Source: a virus. Taken from it: 64,000 nucleotides of DNA. Positions 1-9,534 of the stretch are shown here, piece by piece (position 1 is the stretch's first letter; every line of letters begins with the position of its first letter). The stretch lies in IMG/VR virus record IMGVR_UViG_3300046168_000070, positions 32,001 to 96,000 of that record; one strand, 5' to 3'. Below the pieces are notes generated by a model that saw only the letters and a program-made list of their open reading frames with translations, ran no database searches and was not told the DNA's origin. A program made the position numbers and the translations under genes.

Positions 1-3000
1 ATTGAATTCGTTATCATCAGCAGGTTCAAAATCTGGGTTATCTTTACCTATAAATACCTGTATAAAACCTATAGATTGAGTCTCTTCATATGCATTACCA
101 TTTGTATAGTTTCCAGATACTAATAATTTTATGGATTCAAATGCTGATAAGGTGTTACTTCCTATACCTTCTGGAATATTTTTTCTTAAAATTGTTTTAT
201 TAGTGTCATTAAAAATTACATCCTCAGTACCCCATTCACCTAACTCATTTATCATTTCTTTGTCGCTAATTTCTTCGGAGTGGGCGTAATGCACTAATGG
301 AAAATTTTCCCAGTGGGTATCGACTTGTTCGCCATATTTTGGATCTATATACTGATATTCTTCCCATGCTTCAGCAGCAAGCTTAATGTTATCATACGAT
401 ATATCTATATATATTGTTTGAGCATTGCCTCCTGTCCATCGACTTATTTTTCTACTTCGCGAATTAACAACATTAGAATTAATAGTATTATTTCTGATTT
501 CGTTCCATAATGTTTGAGCCTCCTCCAACGAATATATATTGGATGGGACGTTTGAATTTTTTGAAGCTTCTGCTACAAAATCAAATTTTGCGTTTTCAGG
601 TATTTTACCATGCTCAGATGTTTCTGATTGAGTTTCATTCCCCTCTTCATCCGTTAAGATGATTGATATTTTTTTATCTTTATTTAAATCATAAAAGATA
701 TCATCATGCGGAGTAAATCTTGGCACGAGTGTAGAGACTACAGGCGTGTATGAGATCGGAGGGTCGTACATAATAAAAGATTGCTTAGAGCTGTATTTTC
801 TAATGTTGCCCGCTCTTGCCACACCCTGAATAACTACAGCTATTCCTCTTTGATCTTGTAAATTGGCATATACAAAACTTTGAATTCCATTATCATCAAC
901 TGTTGTATTATACCGTAATTCATAATTAAAAGTATATTGCATTCTAGTCAATAAATTATTATTATCATAAATCCATTTTACATTATTAGTAAGAGGATTG
1001 CCAGCGCTACTTGCATTAGTTGATCCACCCCTATCAACGGGACACAAACCTACCCTGAATCCCTCAAAGAAAGGGCTATTAGTTTGTAAGTCAGCGATGT
1101 TGTCGTATATAGTTCTAGATGAATTTATATCTTGATATTTCCAACTTATATCAAAGCTTGCTCCAGCAGTCTCAACCACGCGATAATTACTTTTGGTTAC
1201 TCCATCTTCGTTTAATACTCCTACATCTGAAATTCCTGGCGGGCTATTACTATAACTTTCGTCAGATATAAGTTTTGATGCTATTCCAGCTCCAGATGTT
1301 TTAGATTGAGATGTAGAAGACTGTATACCTGTTGTTGTAACATAAATAGTCCATACTCCAGCAACTGAGCTAGAAGTTTTACTCACTCCAGTGTTTATTG
1401 TAAATTCTTTTGTTCCGCCACCATTTCTGCTTGAATTATTATATGTTGCTTGACTTCCAGATGGATCAGTTAAAATAATATTATTAGTTATACTATTAAA
1501 TTTGGATTCGTCAATAGTTGTTGAAAATTTAACTTTAAAAGAAAGATTTGATCCGCTAACAATGGAGAATTTTTCAATAATGGGTGGGGTAGCATTTGCT
1601 ATCTCAGTACTATCTCCTAGTGTTATTTCATAATTTGAAGATATTACTGGAAAACTTTGATCCATGGAAGAGATTTTTTCTTCGTCAAATAAGGTGGCTA
1701 TGATTTTATACTTACCTTCTCCTTCTTCTTCTATACCTACAATTCTGTATTTTCTTTCTTGCCAATCGTTAGCATATGTTCCACCATCAGTTGGATTAAC
1801 TAAAGCCCAATCTGTTCCTTTTGATACTACATTATATCCATTATCGTAGCTATCTAACAAAGAGCTAGTAAATTTTAAAATATTCCCATTAACGTCTTTA
1901 ACTTTAATTCTATTAGTAGTTATGCTTGATCCATCTGCAGGAAAAACTGACCCTTGTAATCTTTGAGCTTTATTTAAATTAGCAATATCTTGCCCAGTGA
2001 CTGATCCTTTATTGTCTAAAAAATCCATATTATAACTTGGGTCAATGTTACCTAATATTATATCATAATATTTATTTTGTCTTGTAGTTTGATTAAGGGT
2101 TTGTAAAGTAATAGGATGAGTTAATACTAAAATTTCATCACCCTCAACATCAACTATTTTACCTATTGATTGATTTGTATTTTTAAGAGAATCGCTTACT
2201 CCTATAATATTACCTGGTTTTAAAAATAAAGCTCTATAATCTGTAGAAAAAGTGATTGTCTCTGTATTGACAGAAGAGGTCAGGAAAAACCAACGCCCCA
2301 TTCTTCGCGCTTGACCTCTTGATGTACATCCTAGTGGCTCGATGTTTTTTCTTATTACTCCTAATTCTTTAACGCCTTGTTTATCTTCTACATATTCATA
2401 TTTTTTTCTGTAATCATCAGTTTTATCCATATAACCAACTCTAGCAACAGTGTATCTTGTGGATTTTGAACTTGTATAATATGCGAAAACACCTCCTTCA
2501 ACATTTGTGTTGGTGAAGTTAATCGCAGGTTCATCAATTTCAATCGCAGGAATTTTATTCCAGTATTTTTTCCAATCTTGATCTACTCCAGGCCTAATAC
2601 CAACACCACCATTTGTAATTTTTTCATATATATTAAAAGTGGAGTGAGGAAACTCTACTTTTGTTCCTATAACATAACTTGCAGAATTTGAAAAATTTTC
2701 GTATTTTATGGTATTACCTCCTCCATCTATAGAGACAGAAACCCCCCTTCCATCCCAATATGCTATCCCATGAAAAGTTTCTGCTATAGTTTTTAAAAGT
2801 TCATAAGCTTCTTCTTCTTCTGAAATTAGTACGTTCATTGAGTATCTAGGCTCTTTACCATTGTATGTATCATCAACCCCTACAAAGTTTCCATCATCAT
2901 CCACAGCATCACAATATCTACCTATTTTATATAATGTCCATTTATCAATTTTGTTAATATCTAAATAGGCTCCAATACCATATCTGTTATTTGTCATTAA

Positions 3001-4857
3001 ATCATATAAAACCCATGCAGGATTATCAGACCAAGCATACTTAAATGTACCATCCCAAGCTCCATCGTATACATTAGCTCCAACTGTTGATCTATTGTCT
3101 GGGGTATAGTTAGATGGTATTAAAATTTTCTTAAGTTTTAAATGATAAGTTCTCTCTGGTTTTTCTGTAAAATATCTAGAATTAAAAGATTGCTGTACAA
3201 TTGCCGAGTAAGGATAAGACATTTTTTCGTCTATAATTTCTGTGACACTCTCCAAGCTAATTTTTGAACCCATAATTGGAGATATTAATTCTCTTCCTGT
3301 TTTTGTCACTTTCAGATATCTTGCTTTAGATATTTTATCTCCATTAACAGTCACTATAGAAGGTGGTAGCTTGAAGCAATTAAAAGCGTTATTTGCGTCA
3401 TCTGTTGGCATAAAAAAAGTTTCCATTCCACTCTCGTAAACTTCTCTAATTGCGTCTGCTGATCCAAATTGTTGAAATCGATTAAGCCCTAAATTTGGTT
3501 CGGTTTGATCTGACGTGTAATTATGAGGAAGAGCTTGATCTTCCTTTAATGCCGTTAAGCCTTCAGCGTCAAAAACTTCTGCTGGGTTTCTTTTACTCTC
3601 AAGATCATCCATTCCTTCATCAAAATCGCTGTCTTCTCCAAAAATTACCTCTCCATCAACTCCGAAACTAGCTCTTCCCACATCTATTAAATATTTACTA
3701 CCTGCAACCAACCCCTGCACAAAATAATTTCGTGTGATCGATTTCCGAGGATTGGATGAGGATTGAGAAAGGCCATGATGTGCCAGCCACGCTCTAAACT
3801 CACTAGATTGAGCTTCTTCATCAGTTAGTCCGTTTATGCCTATTTCTATCGAGAATCCTACTTTATGCTCCCTGGCTGTTGTCATTAAACCAACCTTGCC
3901 AGCTCCTGCTCCATGGTCTACGGTATCTTTTAACTCATCTATAGATATTGTAGCGTATGCAAAATCAACTTCGCTATTTTTGATTGTATGAGAAACAGGA
4001 AATCCTCCTTCTGAAAATTCTGCATGGCCAGCACTCCAAGCAGTAAAGTCTCGAGTTGATGTATGTGTCCTAATGTCTGATCCATGCTCTACTTGACTTG
4101 CTGCATAACCGTAATCTATTGCTTTTTGCAAACCACTTGTGTCTCCTATAAAATAGCCTATATGCGATCCTTGTGTTTGAAACCAGGATGCAGTATTAAA
4201 TGTAGATCCAAGTTTTTTTCCGCCAAGTTGAAGAAGAAGTAATGCAAAAAAACCGAAGGGTCTTTTCGCCGCTTCTTGTAAGGTCTCTGTATTATATGCG
4301 CTTTGTTCCTCAAGCATAGTATCCGTTGTAGCCATATTTGGTCCTACAAGAGCTTGTTTAATTGACTGGGTATTATAAATTTTACTTCGAGCCCACTTTT
4401 CGTCCCGAGAATATGGGTTTATGCCTTTATGGCTTCCAACTGCATAATTTAAAGCTAGCCTTCTATAATTATAAGTGCTATTTTCGTTTTGGACTACTGT
4501 CCCGTTAAAATAAACACCTTTTGCGATATCAGTACCAGTAACTAAATTTCCATTACTGTCGCAAAAGCCTTCAATCGGGCCTTCGCATATTAAGTCAAGT
4601 GTTTCAGATTGAGAAAAGCTCTGTAAAGAATTTTCATCTGGAGCAGGAGGTTTCAGCAAAGGAGTGGGAGGTGATCCTTTCCCTTTTCCTCCCCCTTCTC
4701 CAGAAACTAATGGTAGGACTGCGTAGCTTTTTTTTTGCTCAATAATTTTACAAGGATATATATTATACTTTACAAAAAATTTTAATTCATCTAAATTTTT
4801 ATACTTCCTCTTCCCAAGCGTTTTATTGAGAATGCCATAAAATTTTACATTTATCAT
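1..4857 (-). CDS. Tail tip / host-specificity protein J-like (central tail fibre), runs off the window edge
   Basis: Translated by hand from ATG at 4857 (ATGA overlap with upstream gene): GGGKGKG..P...LDLICEGPIEG near N-term, WSDNPAWVLYDLMTNNRYGIG, EPRYSMN...AETFHGIAYW. Same frame still open at positions 1-60; not every codon between was checked. Absent from ORF track, presumably because no stop falls in the window. Confidence 0.93.
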   Translation of the reverse strand, partial: MINVKFYGILNKTLGKRKYKNLDELKFFVKYNIYPCKIIEQKKSYAVLPLVSGEGGGKGKGSPPTPLLKPPAPDENSLQSFSQSETLDLICEGPIEGFCDSNGNLVTGTDIAKGVYFNGTVVQNENSTYNYRRLALNYAVGSHKGINPYSRDEKWARSKIYNTQSIKQALVGPNMATTDTMLEEQSAYNTETLQEAAKRPFGFFALLLLQLGGKKLGSTFNTASWFQTQGSHIGYFIGDTSGLQKAIDYGYAASQVEHGSDIRTHTSTRDFTAWSAGHAEFSEGGFPVSHTIKNSEVDFAYATISIDELKDTVDHGAGAGKVGLMTTAREHKVGFSIEIGINGLTDEEAQSSEFRAWLAHHGLSQSSSNPRKSITRNYFVQGLVAGSKYLIDVGRASFGVDGEVIFGEDSDFDEGMDDLESKRNPAEVFDAEGLTALKEDQALPHNYTSDQTEPNLGLNRFQQFGSADAIREVYESGMETFFMPTDDANNAFNCFKLPPSIVTVNGDKISKARYLKVTKTGRELISPIMGSKISLESVTEIIDEKMSYPYSAIVQQSFNSRYFTEKPERTYHLKLKKILIPSNYTPDNRSTVGANVYDGAWDGTFKYAWSDNPAWVLYDLMTNNRYGIGAYLDINKIDKWTLYKIGRYCDAVDDDGNFVGVDDTYNGKEPRYSMNVLISEEEEAYELLKTIAETFHGIAYWDGRGVSVSIDGGGNTIKYENFSNSASYVIGTKVEFPHSTFNIYEKITNGGVGIRPGVDQDWKKYWNKIPAIEIDEPAINFTNTNVEGGVFAYYTSSKSTRYTVARVGYMDKTDDYRKKYEYVEDKQGVKELGVIRKNIEPLGCTSRGQARRMGRWFFLTSSVNTETITFSTDYRALFLKPGNIIGVSDSLKNTNQSIGKIVDVEGDEILVLTHPITLQTLNQTTRQNKYYDIILGNIDPSYNMDFLDNKGSVTGQDIANLNKAQRLQGSVFPADGSSITTNRIKVKDVNGNILKFTSSLLDSYDNGYNVVSKGTDWALVNPTDGGTYANDWQERKYRIVGIEEEGEGKYKIIATLFDEEKISSMDQSFPVISSNYEITLGDSTEIANATPPIIEKFSIVSGSNLSFKVKFSTTIDESKFNSITNNIILTDPSGSQATYNNSSRNGGGTKEFTINTGVSKTSSSVAGVWTIYVTTTGIQSSTSQSKTSGAGIASKLISDESYSNSPPGISDVGVLNEDGVTKSNYRVVETAGASFDISWKYQDINSSRTIYDNIADLQTNSPFFEGFRVGLCPVDRGGSTNASSAGNPLTNNVKWIYDNNNLLTRMQYTFNYELRYNTTVDDNGIQSFVYANLQDQRGIAVVIQGVARAGNIRKYSSKQSFIMYDPPISYTPVVSTLVPRFTPHDDIFYDLNKDKKISIILTDEEGNETQSETSEHGKIPENAKFDFVAEASKNSNVPSNIYSLEEAQTLWNEIRNNTINSNVVNSRSRKISRWTGGNAQTIYIDISYDNIKLAAEAWEEYQYIDPKYGEQVDTHWENFPLVHYAHSEEISDKEMINELGEWGTEDVIFNDTNKTILRKNIPEGIGSNTLSAFESIKLLVSGNYTNGNAYEETQSIGFIQVFIGKDNPDFEPADDNEFN

Positions 4858-5351
4858 CTAAACAAATTCCTATTCCATGTCTGATTGCCTATAACATTAC
4901 TACCAACCCTCAATCTACCATAACCTAAAGGAACAGGCTTTCCTTGACTTTCTACATTAGTTTCCCCGCGAAAAGAGTAAGAGGATGTTTTTGCTGATTG
5001 TGTTGATGCATTATCCATAGTTGGAGCCTGAACAGAATTAGCTGCCATTATAACACTTACTCCGATTGACACAACTAGCCCAACAATAAAAGTAAAAAGG
5101 AAGGCTCCTTTTGCTGCGGGTAAAATATCTATTCTTTTCATATCTTTTTTGTTAGCGTCTTCTAAAGATGCAACTTTTCCGTCAACTAGCATAGAAAATT
5201 CCATTTGGTCAAAATTTCGCGCTAAAAAAGTCATAAAATTTGACTCGACAGCATCAATAGCTTTCAATACATCACTTACAGACTCTAACTCAAATTCATA
5301 CTTTGACCGAAATTTTTCTTCAAATATACCATGTAAATATACTTCAACCAT
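4854..5351 (-). CDS. Tail assembly protein I-like (ubiquitin-like N-domain)
   Basis: V.V.LHG start, IDILPAAKGA end of Ubl fold, hydrophobic segment, QGKPVPLGYGRLRVGS motif; position between K and J. Confidence 0.88.
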   Translation of the reverse strand: MVEVYLHGIFEEKFRSKYEFELESVSDVLKAIDAVESNFMTFLARNFDQMEFSMLVDGKVASLEDANKKDMKRIDILPAAKGAFLFTFIVGLVVSIGVSVIMAANSVQAPTMDNASTQSAKTSSYSFRGETNVESQGKPVPLGYGRLRVGSNVIGNQTWNRNLFR

Positions 5352-5715
5352 CAATAATCTCCTTTATTTTTTCAATTTTATACTCTTTGCATAGATCTGG
5401 GTAAAAAGCTTCAAATTTATCCTTTTCGTTTATATATAAAATATTTGGCAAACAATTAATTCTAGATATTAATTTATCTGTTTCTGAAAAAGACTCTGAA
5501 TTTGGATGGCTATGATATATAGCTAAAATATCAGACTCTAATTTTGTTTGCAGATATGCTTCAGGATGTATCTCAAACCTGCTTTCAGGAGTTGTCGAAA
5601 TATTTTTACATTGCTTAATAAAAACTTCGCTATCTAGCTCAACAACAAAGCCGCAAACTTCTTCTTGAAGTTTACTTAAGGCGTGTATTTTTATATTTTT
5701 AAGAATTTGTGTCAT
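5344..5715 (-). CDS. Tail assembly protein K-like, JAB/MPN domain only
   Basis: EEVCG...IYHSHP..S.FSETD JAB motif; no NlpC/P60 domain; ATG at 5715. Confidence 0.85.
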   Translation of the reverse strand: MTQILKNIKIHALSKLQEEVCGFVVELDSEVFIKQCKNISTTPESRFEIHPEAYLQTKLESDILAIYHSHPNSESFSETDKLISRINCLPNILYINEKDKFEAFYPDLCKEYKIEKIKEIIDG

Positions 5716-6901
5716 AACCTTCTGTAGCTGGAAAGCCTCCAAATCTCAGCGTGTTGTTTTTTGTATAACCAGATCTAAATCTTAATCTGCAAGCATCTAC
5801 ACTTTTAGAGCATTGGTCAGCGACCCATTGGCCACCCTTTTTTTCTGGAGCATTATTTAAATTAGATAAGTGGTCTAGAACACAAACCCATATAGTTTTA
5901 TCATTTTGTTGAGAAAGGTTTCCGTTAGCAGTTAACTGAACCTGTTTAGTGCCAGCCACAAAACCTTCTCCAGCAGCAGCTGGAGGAGTTTTAACAACAT
6001 CACCTGCTTGATAGTTTACGTCTATAGTCCAATCGGAAATAGTAGCAGTATAATCGAACTCGCCGATTATAGAGCTGCCGCCTCTTTTTTTTGGTCTGGC
6101 TCCATTCAATCTGGACAATGCAGCTGAATTTTCATAAGAATCTTGAGGTCCTAGCATAAAGTTGGTTTCGTCTAACTCTGTAGCTACGGCTGGGCCAGTG
6201 AAATAACAACCTTCTCCCCTATAACACCATGAGCAATATCCCCCTAAAATGGTTCTGTTGGGTATAGTGACGTTTTCAACATCTAAAGATGATGTCAATT
6301 CATATTCAACAGATTCTTTCGTTTCATTAGCTTTTTTTGATATAAAATATAAGCTAGAAGAAAATTCATAAGCTGAATCTGCTGCTTGACCAGGGCCAGG
6401 AGGCCTTACTCCCCAAGGATTTACATTATTATTTTGAGGAAAGTTATCTCCATCTAAAAATTTAGCGAATACTTGCCTCCTCATAACCCTTGCGTTCGTC
6501 ATATCATTAAAATATTTATTATAAGTAGAAATAGTTTCTAAAACCGTACCTTTATGCCCAACTTGATTTATTAATGTAGATATGTTTTTATTTGATATAG
6601 TAATCAAAGGTCTAGGCAGGCCTTGAGAAGAAGATGAAAAATTTGCAGATTGAAGGCCTATAGGCATATATGAAAAGCCTGCCCATTTCAATCCATTTTC
6701 TTGTATATATTGAGCTGATTGAGCATCTATATTAGATAGGTTATCGGCTGAGCACAGGCGTAGCGCATAATTTCTGTTATCATAAACATCTACATCTTGA
6801 TATCCTTCTAAATAATATATCTCGTACAAAGAAATTAAAGCTGTGGGAGCTAGCCCAAAAGCTTGCTCCATATTTAATCCTTGTTTCTGGTAATCTTCCA
6901 T
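5699..6901 (-). CDS. Minor tail protein L-like
   Basis: RRQVFAKFLDGDNF, YELTSSLD, CSWCYRGEGC and DQCSKSVDACRLRF cysteine pattern of gpL; synteny L-K-I-J. Confidence 0.9.
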   Translation of the reverse strand: MEDYQKQGLNMEQAFGLAPTALISLYEIYYLEGYQDVDVYDNRNYALRLCSADNLSNIDAQSAQYIQENGLKWAGFSYMPIGLQSANFSSSSQGLPRPLITISNKNISTLINQVGHKGTVLETISTYNKYFNDMTNARVMRRQVFAKFLDGDNFPQNNNVNPWGVRPPGPGQAADSAYEFSSSLYFISKKANETKESVEYELTSSLDVENVTIPNRTILGGYCSWCYRGEGCYFTGPAVATELDETNFMLGPQDSYENSAALSRLNGARPKKRGGSSIIGEFDYTATISDWTIDVNYQAGDVVKTPPAAAGEGFVAGTKQVQLTANGNLSQQNDKTIWVCVLDHLSNLNNAPEKKGGQWVADQCSKSVDACRLRFRSGYTKNNTLRFGGFPATEGYDTNS

Positions 6902-6909
6902 ATAAGTAT

Positions 6910-6915
6910 TTACAC
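6910..6915 (-). promoter_or_regulatory. GTGTAA motif (putative late promoter) before tail L
   Basis: GTGTAA-8 nt-ATG(6901). Confidence 0.65.
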
Positions 6916-7661
6916 TATAGTTTAAAATTATAAGTTATTGAAATTCCTTGTTTTATATTATTTATTCTATGCCACCAAAACCTAGGTATATTTAAACTTT
7001 GGTTTTCATTTAATATTATTATATTTTGTTTTATATTATTTTTAATTAAAATTTTTGAAATCTCTGTCTTAGAATACATGGCTCCAGAATGATCTAAATC
7101 TAAATTTTCTATTAATTCATTGTATTGAGGGCTAATTAACAATACCTCTTTGCTGCCACTCACAACACTTAACAAAGAATGAGCTATTGGTTTTTTATAG
7201 AAGTTTTCTTTATGAATCTGCTTAAGGGTTCTGTCGATTTTATAGCTATAGGAATCGTAATGTAAAGGAGTGGTAGTACCTTTCCCTCCCCACCATAATG
7301 ATATATCTCCTACTTTACCAAAATTATACTTATTAATAATTTCTTTTTCTAATTTTAAAATTTTCTCAGGTTGTACAAATCCAAAAGGATTTTCTGAACG
7401 CAGGTAATATTTGTTATTTTTTTTGTTTATATATTCTTTAACATATTGTTCTATAGTTATCTCTATACGATTTATTTCTTGCAAATTTGATAACTGACCT
7501 CCCTCTACTATCTCTGGTACAATAACTTTAAGGTCTCCATAATCTTTTAATATTTTATCAACGTTGATAATTTCACTCAATCCAAAATCATGACTTAAAA
7601 CAAATGGTTGATTTTTTTTAAACAAATGTGTTATATTATCAGTATTTTTAACATTTAACAT
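6915..7661 (-). CDS. JmjC/cupin-like 2-oxoglutarate Fe(II) oxygenase
   Basis: LWWGGKGTTTPLHYD (HxD), SGSK, IPRFWWHRINN (distal His). Confidence 0.85.
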   Translation of the reverse strand: MLNVKNTDNITHLFKKNQPFVLSHDFGLSEIINVDKILKDYGDLKVIVPEIVEGGQLSNLQEINRIEITIEQYVKEYINKKNNKYYLRSENPFGFVQPEKILKLEKEIINKYNFGKVGDISLWWGGKGTTTPLHYDSYSYKIDRTLKQIHKENFYKKPIAHSLLSVVSGSKEVLLISPQYNELIENLDLDHSGAMYSKTEISKILIKNNIKQNIIILNENQSLNIPRFWWHRINNIKQGISITYNFKL

Positions 7662-7664
7662 ACT

Positions 7665-7976
7665 TTATGTTAATCTATTTAATATTTTCTTCAATACAAA
7701 AGATTGGTTATTGTAATTAATTAATTCTATCTTCAAGTTACTTTTTCGGCGCGGGCCTATATAAAAACCTTGAACTTCGTCTCTGCTTACTATAGCGTCA
7801 ACAAAATCATATGAATTATTTTGCTTCAGCCAAGACCAATACAAATCAATCTCCTCTTCTTGGCATTCTATTAATAAATTTTTATTTAAAAAACATTTTA
7901 CATATAAACTTAGGTCTCTAAAACAGTATACTTGACTAGGCGGAGCCGTCAAACTACCATCTACAATTAAATCCAT
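7665..7976 (-). CDS. Hypothetical protein
   Basis: 103 aa ORF preceded by GTGTAA-N8-ATG. Confidence 0.7.
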   Translation of the reverse strand: MDLIVDGSLTAPPSQVYCFRDLSLYVKCFLNKNLLIECQEEEIDLYWSWLKQNNSYDFVDAIVSRDEVQGFYIGPRRKSNLKIELINYNNQSFVLKKILNRLT

Positions 7977-7984
7977 ATTTTTTT

Positions 7985-7990
7985 TTACAC
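7985..7990 (-). promoter_or_regulatory. GTGTAA motif
   Basis: GTGTAA-8 nt-ATG(7976). Confidence 0.65.
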
Positions 7991-8056
7991 TTAAACAACT
8001 TAAAAATTTTTTCGAACAAATTTAAAATCATAGTGGACGATATACAAAAATAATAC

Positions 8057-8085
8057 TTGACAAATTACTTAATATGCATTATGAT
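8057..8085 (+). promoter_or_regulatory. sigma70 promoter (leaderless)
   Basis: TTGACA-17-TATGAT, ATG +7. Confidence 0.85.
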
Positions 8086-8092
8086 CATAAAC

Positions 8093-8398
8093 ATGAATAC
8101 TGAAAATAAATCAAAAACTTCTACTGAGTGGTCTTCCAGAGAAATGGGGGCACTTTGGCGCAAAAGCGGTAATACCGACTATTTAACAGGGCACTTCAAG
8201 ACTACAGAGCTTGGTCAAGAAGTCGTCCATAAAGTTGTTATTTTTGCTAACAAAAATAAAAAAGATAATGAAAGGGCTCCAGACTTAATCATCTATAAGT
8301 CTAAACCTAACAATGTTACAGAAAGTCAACAAGTTGAACCTCAAGCAGTAGCAGCTTCTGTAGGCTCTGAAGATGAAGTCCCTGATAACTTGTTTTAA
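8093..8398 (+). CDS. Conserved phage protein, DUF736-like with acidic tail
   Basis: GALW...YLTG...VVIFANK.KK..RAPDLIIY pattern; ATG 7 nt after a -10 box. Confidence 0.55.
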   Translation: MNTENKSKTSTEWSSREMGALWRKSGNTDYLTGHFKTTELGQEVVHKVVIFANKNKKDNERAPDLIIYKSKPNNVTESQQVEPQAVAASVGSEDEVPDNLF

Positions 8399-8399
8399 A

Positions 8400-8405
8400 G
8401 TGTAA
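8400..8405 (+). promoter_or_regulatory. GTGTAA motif
   Basis: GTGTAA-11 nt-ATG(8417). Confidence 0.5.
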
Positions 8406-8416
8406 ATACTTTTATT

Positions 8417-9520
8417 ATGAATACTTATGGTTTACTAAGCTCGAGCTCTACTTTATCTCAATCGTCTAGCGAAAACTCTTTTAGAAGTTTATCTAAGAAA
8501 GCTTTTAATGCAAAACCTTTGAATGAAGCTATCTCGGAGCTTAGCCAAATCATAATGCATAATGCAATATGTGCTCAAAACCATATTAAATTTTGTGCCC
8601 AAAATAACATTAAACTATATTCTATCTTCAACGACTTAATTCCTTTATTGCATGATGATTCGATCCCTTGCTCCATTAAAGATCTCGCTGATTATGAATC
8701 AATAATAAAAGAACTTAAAAAAATAGGAATTATAGCTAGAAAATTTAATGTTAAAATTTGTGTCGAGTTAAGAAAGCAAGTTCTATTATCAGGCACAGAA
8801 ACAACTATTAAAAAATCTTTAAATTTAATTAATTTATGGTCTACAATTTTTGATTTATTTGAGCTAGATCAAGGATTGGAATCACCGATTATTATACAGG
8901 TGAATAATTCTGTTAATGAGTCGGAAGAGCTAAAATTAAAAAACGTAATTGATAAATTTTATAATTCTTTTGAAAACCTACCAGAATCTTCTCAATCAAG
9001 AGTTTCAGTTACAAACGAAAAAGAAGGTTGCTGGAATTGTCAAAATTTATTTAAATGGCTTCATCTTTATTGTGGTGGAGAATATGGTAAGTTTTTTCCT
9101 TTAGTTTATAACAACTTAAATCACAAATTAAACCCTTCTGTTATTGGAGGGAAAGAAGTTTCTGATAAGCAGAATGTCGAAGCTTTTAAACACACTTGGC
9201 CAGAAAATAATACACCTTGCTTCTTTTGGGATGAAGAACCTTTAGATGATGCTTTTTCGAAAGAAATACCGTCTTTTGGAAAGGACATAGGGTGGATATG
9301 TTGCGGTATTAATAGCGATCAGAATATTTTTCAAATGAAAGGTGTCGTCATAAAAGATGAAAACCTTAATCTTAGCAGTTTTGATGACTTGCTCTCAGTT
9401 AAAGTTGAGATTGACGATAGCGAGATTAACGAAACAGAAATTGATATTGCTCATAAAAAGATTAAAGAAGCTCTTGAAACTAAAGGTGGTAGCGGCTTCA
9501 ACTCGATATACGGGTTCTAG
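8417..9520 (+). CDS. Degenerate UV-damage endonuclease (UvsE)-like TIM-barrel protein
   Basis: N...QNHIKFCAQNNIKLYSIFNDLIP and ELKKIGIIARKFNVK resemble UvsE, but the HP/H/D-HH/H metal ligands are missing. Confidence 0.6.
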   Translation: MNTYGLLSSSSTLSQSSSENSFRSLSKKAFNAKPLNEAISELSQIIMHNAICAQNHIKFCAQNNIKLYSIFNDLIPLLHDDSIPCSIKDLADYESIIKELKKIGIIARKFNVKICVELRKQVLLSGTETTIKKSLNLINLWSTIFDLFELDQGLESPIIIQVNNSVNESEELKLKNVIDKFYNSFENLPESSQSRVSVTNEKEGCWNCQNLFKWLHLYCGGEYGKFFPLVYNNLNHKLNPSVIGGKEVSDKQNVEAFKHTWPENNTPCFFWDEEPLDDAFSKEIPSFGKDIGWICCGINSDQNIFQMKGVVIKDENLNLSSFDDLLSVKVEIDDSEINETEIDIAHKKIKEALETKGGSGFNSIYGF

Positions 9521-9534
9521 ATAAGTTTTTGAAT

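Noticed and set aside
3515-3520. GTGTAA inside J on the antisense strand
   Set aside because: No ORF at the 8-nt spacing; treated as a chance occurrence
313-5394. Plus-strand ORFs 313..510, 1664..1849, 3242..3439 and 5149..5394
   Set aside because: Antisense shadows of the J and I genes; no starts with context and no motifs
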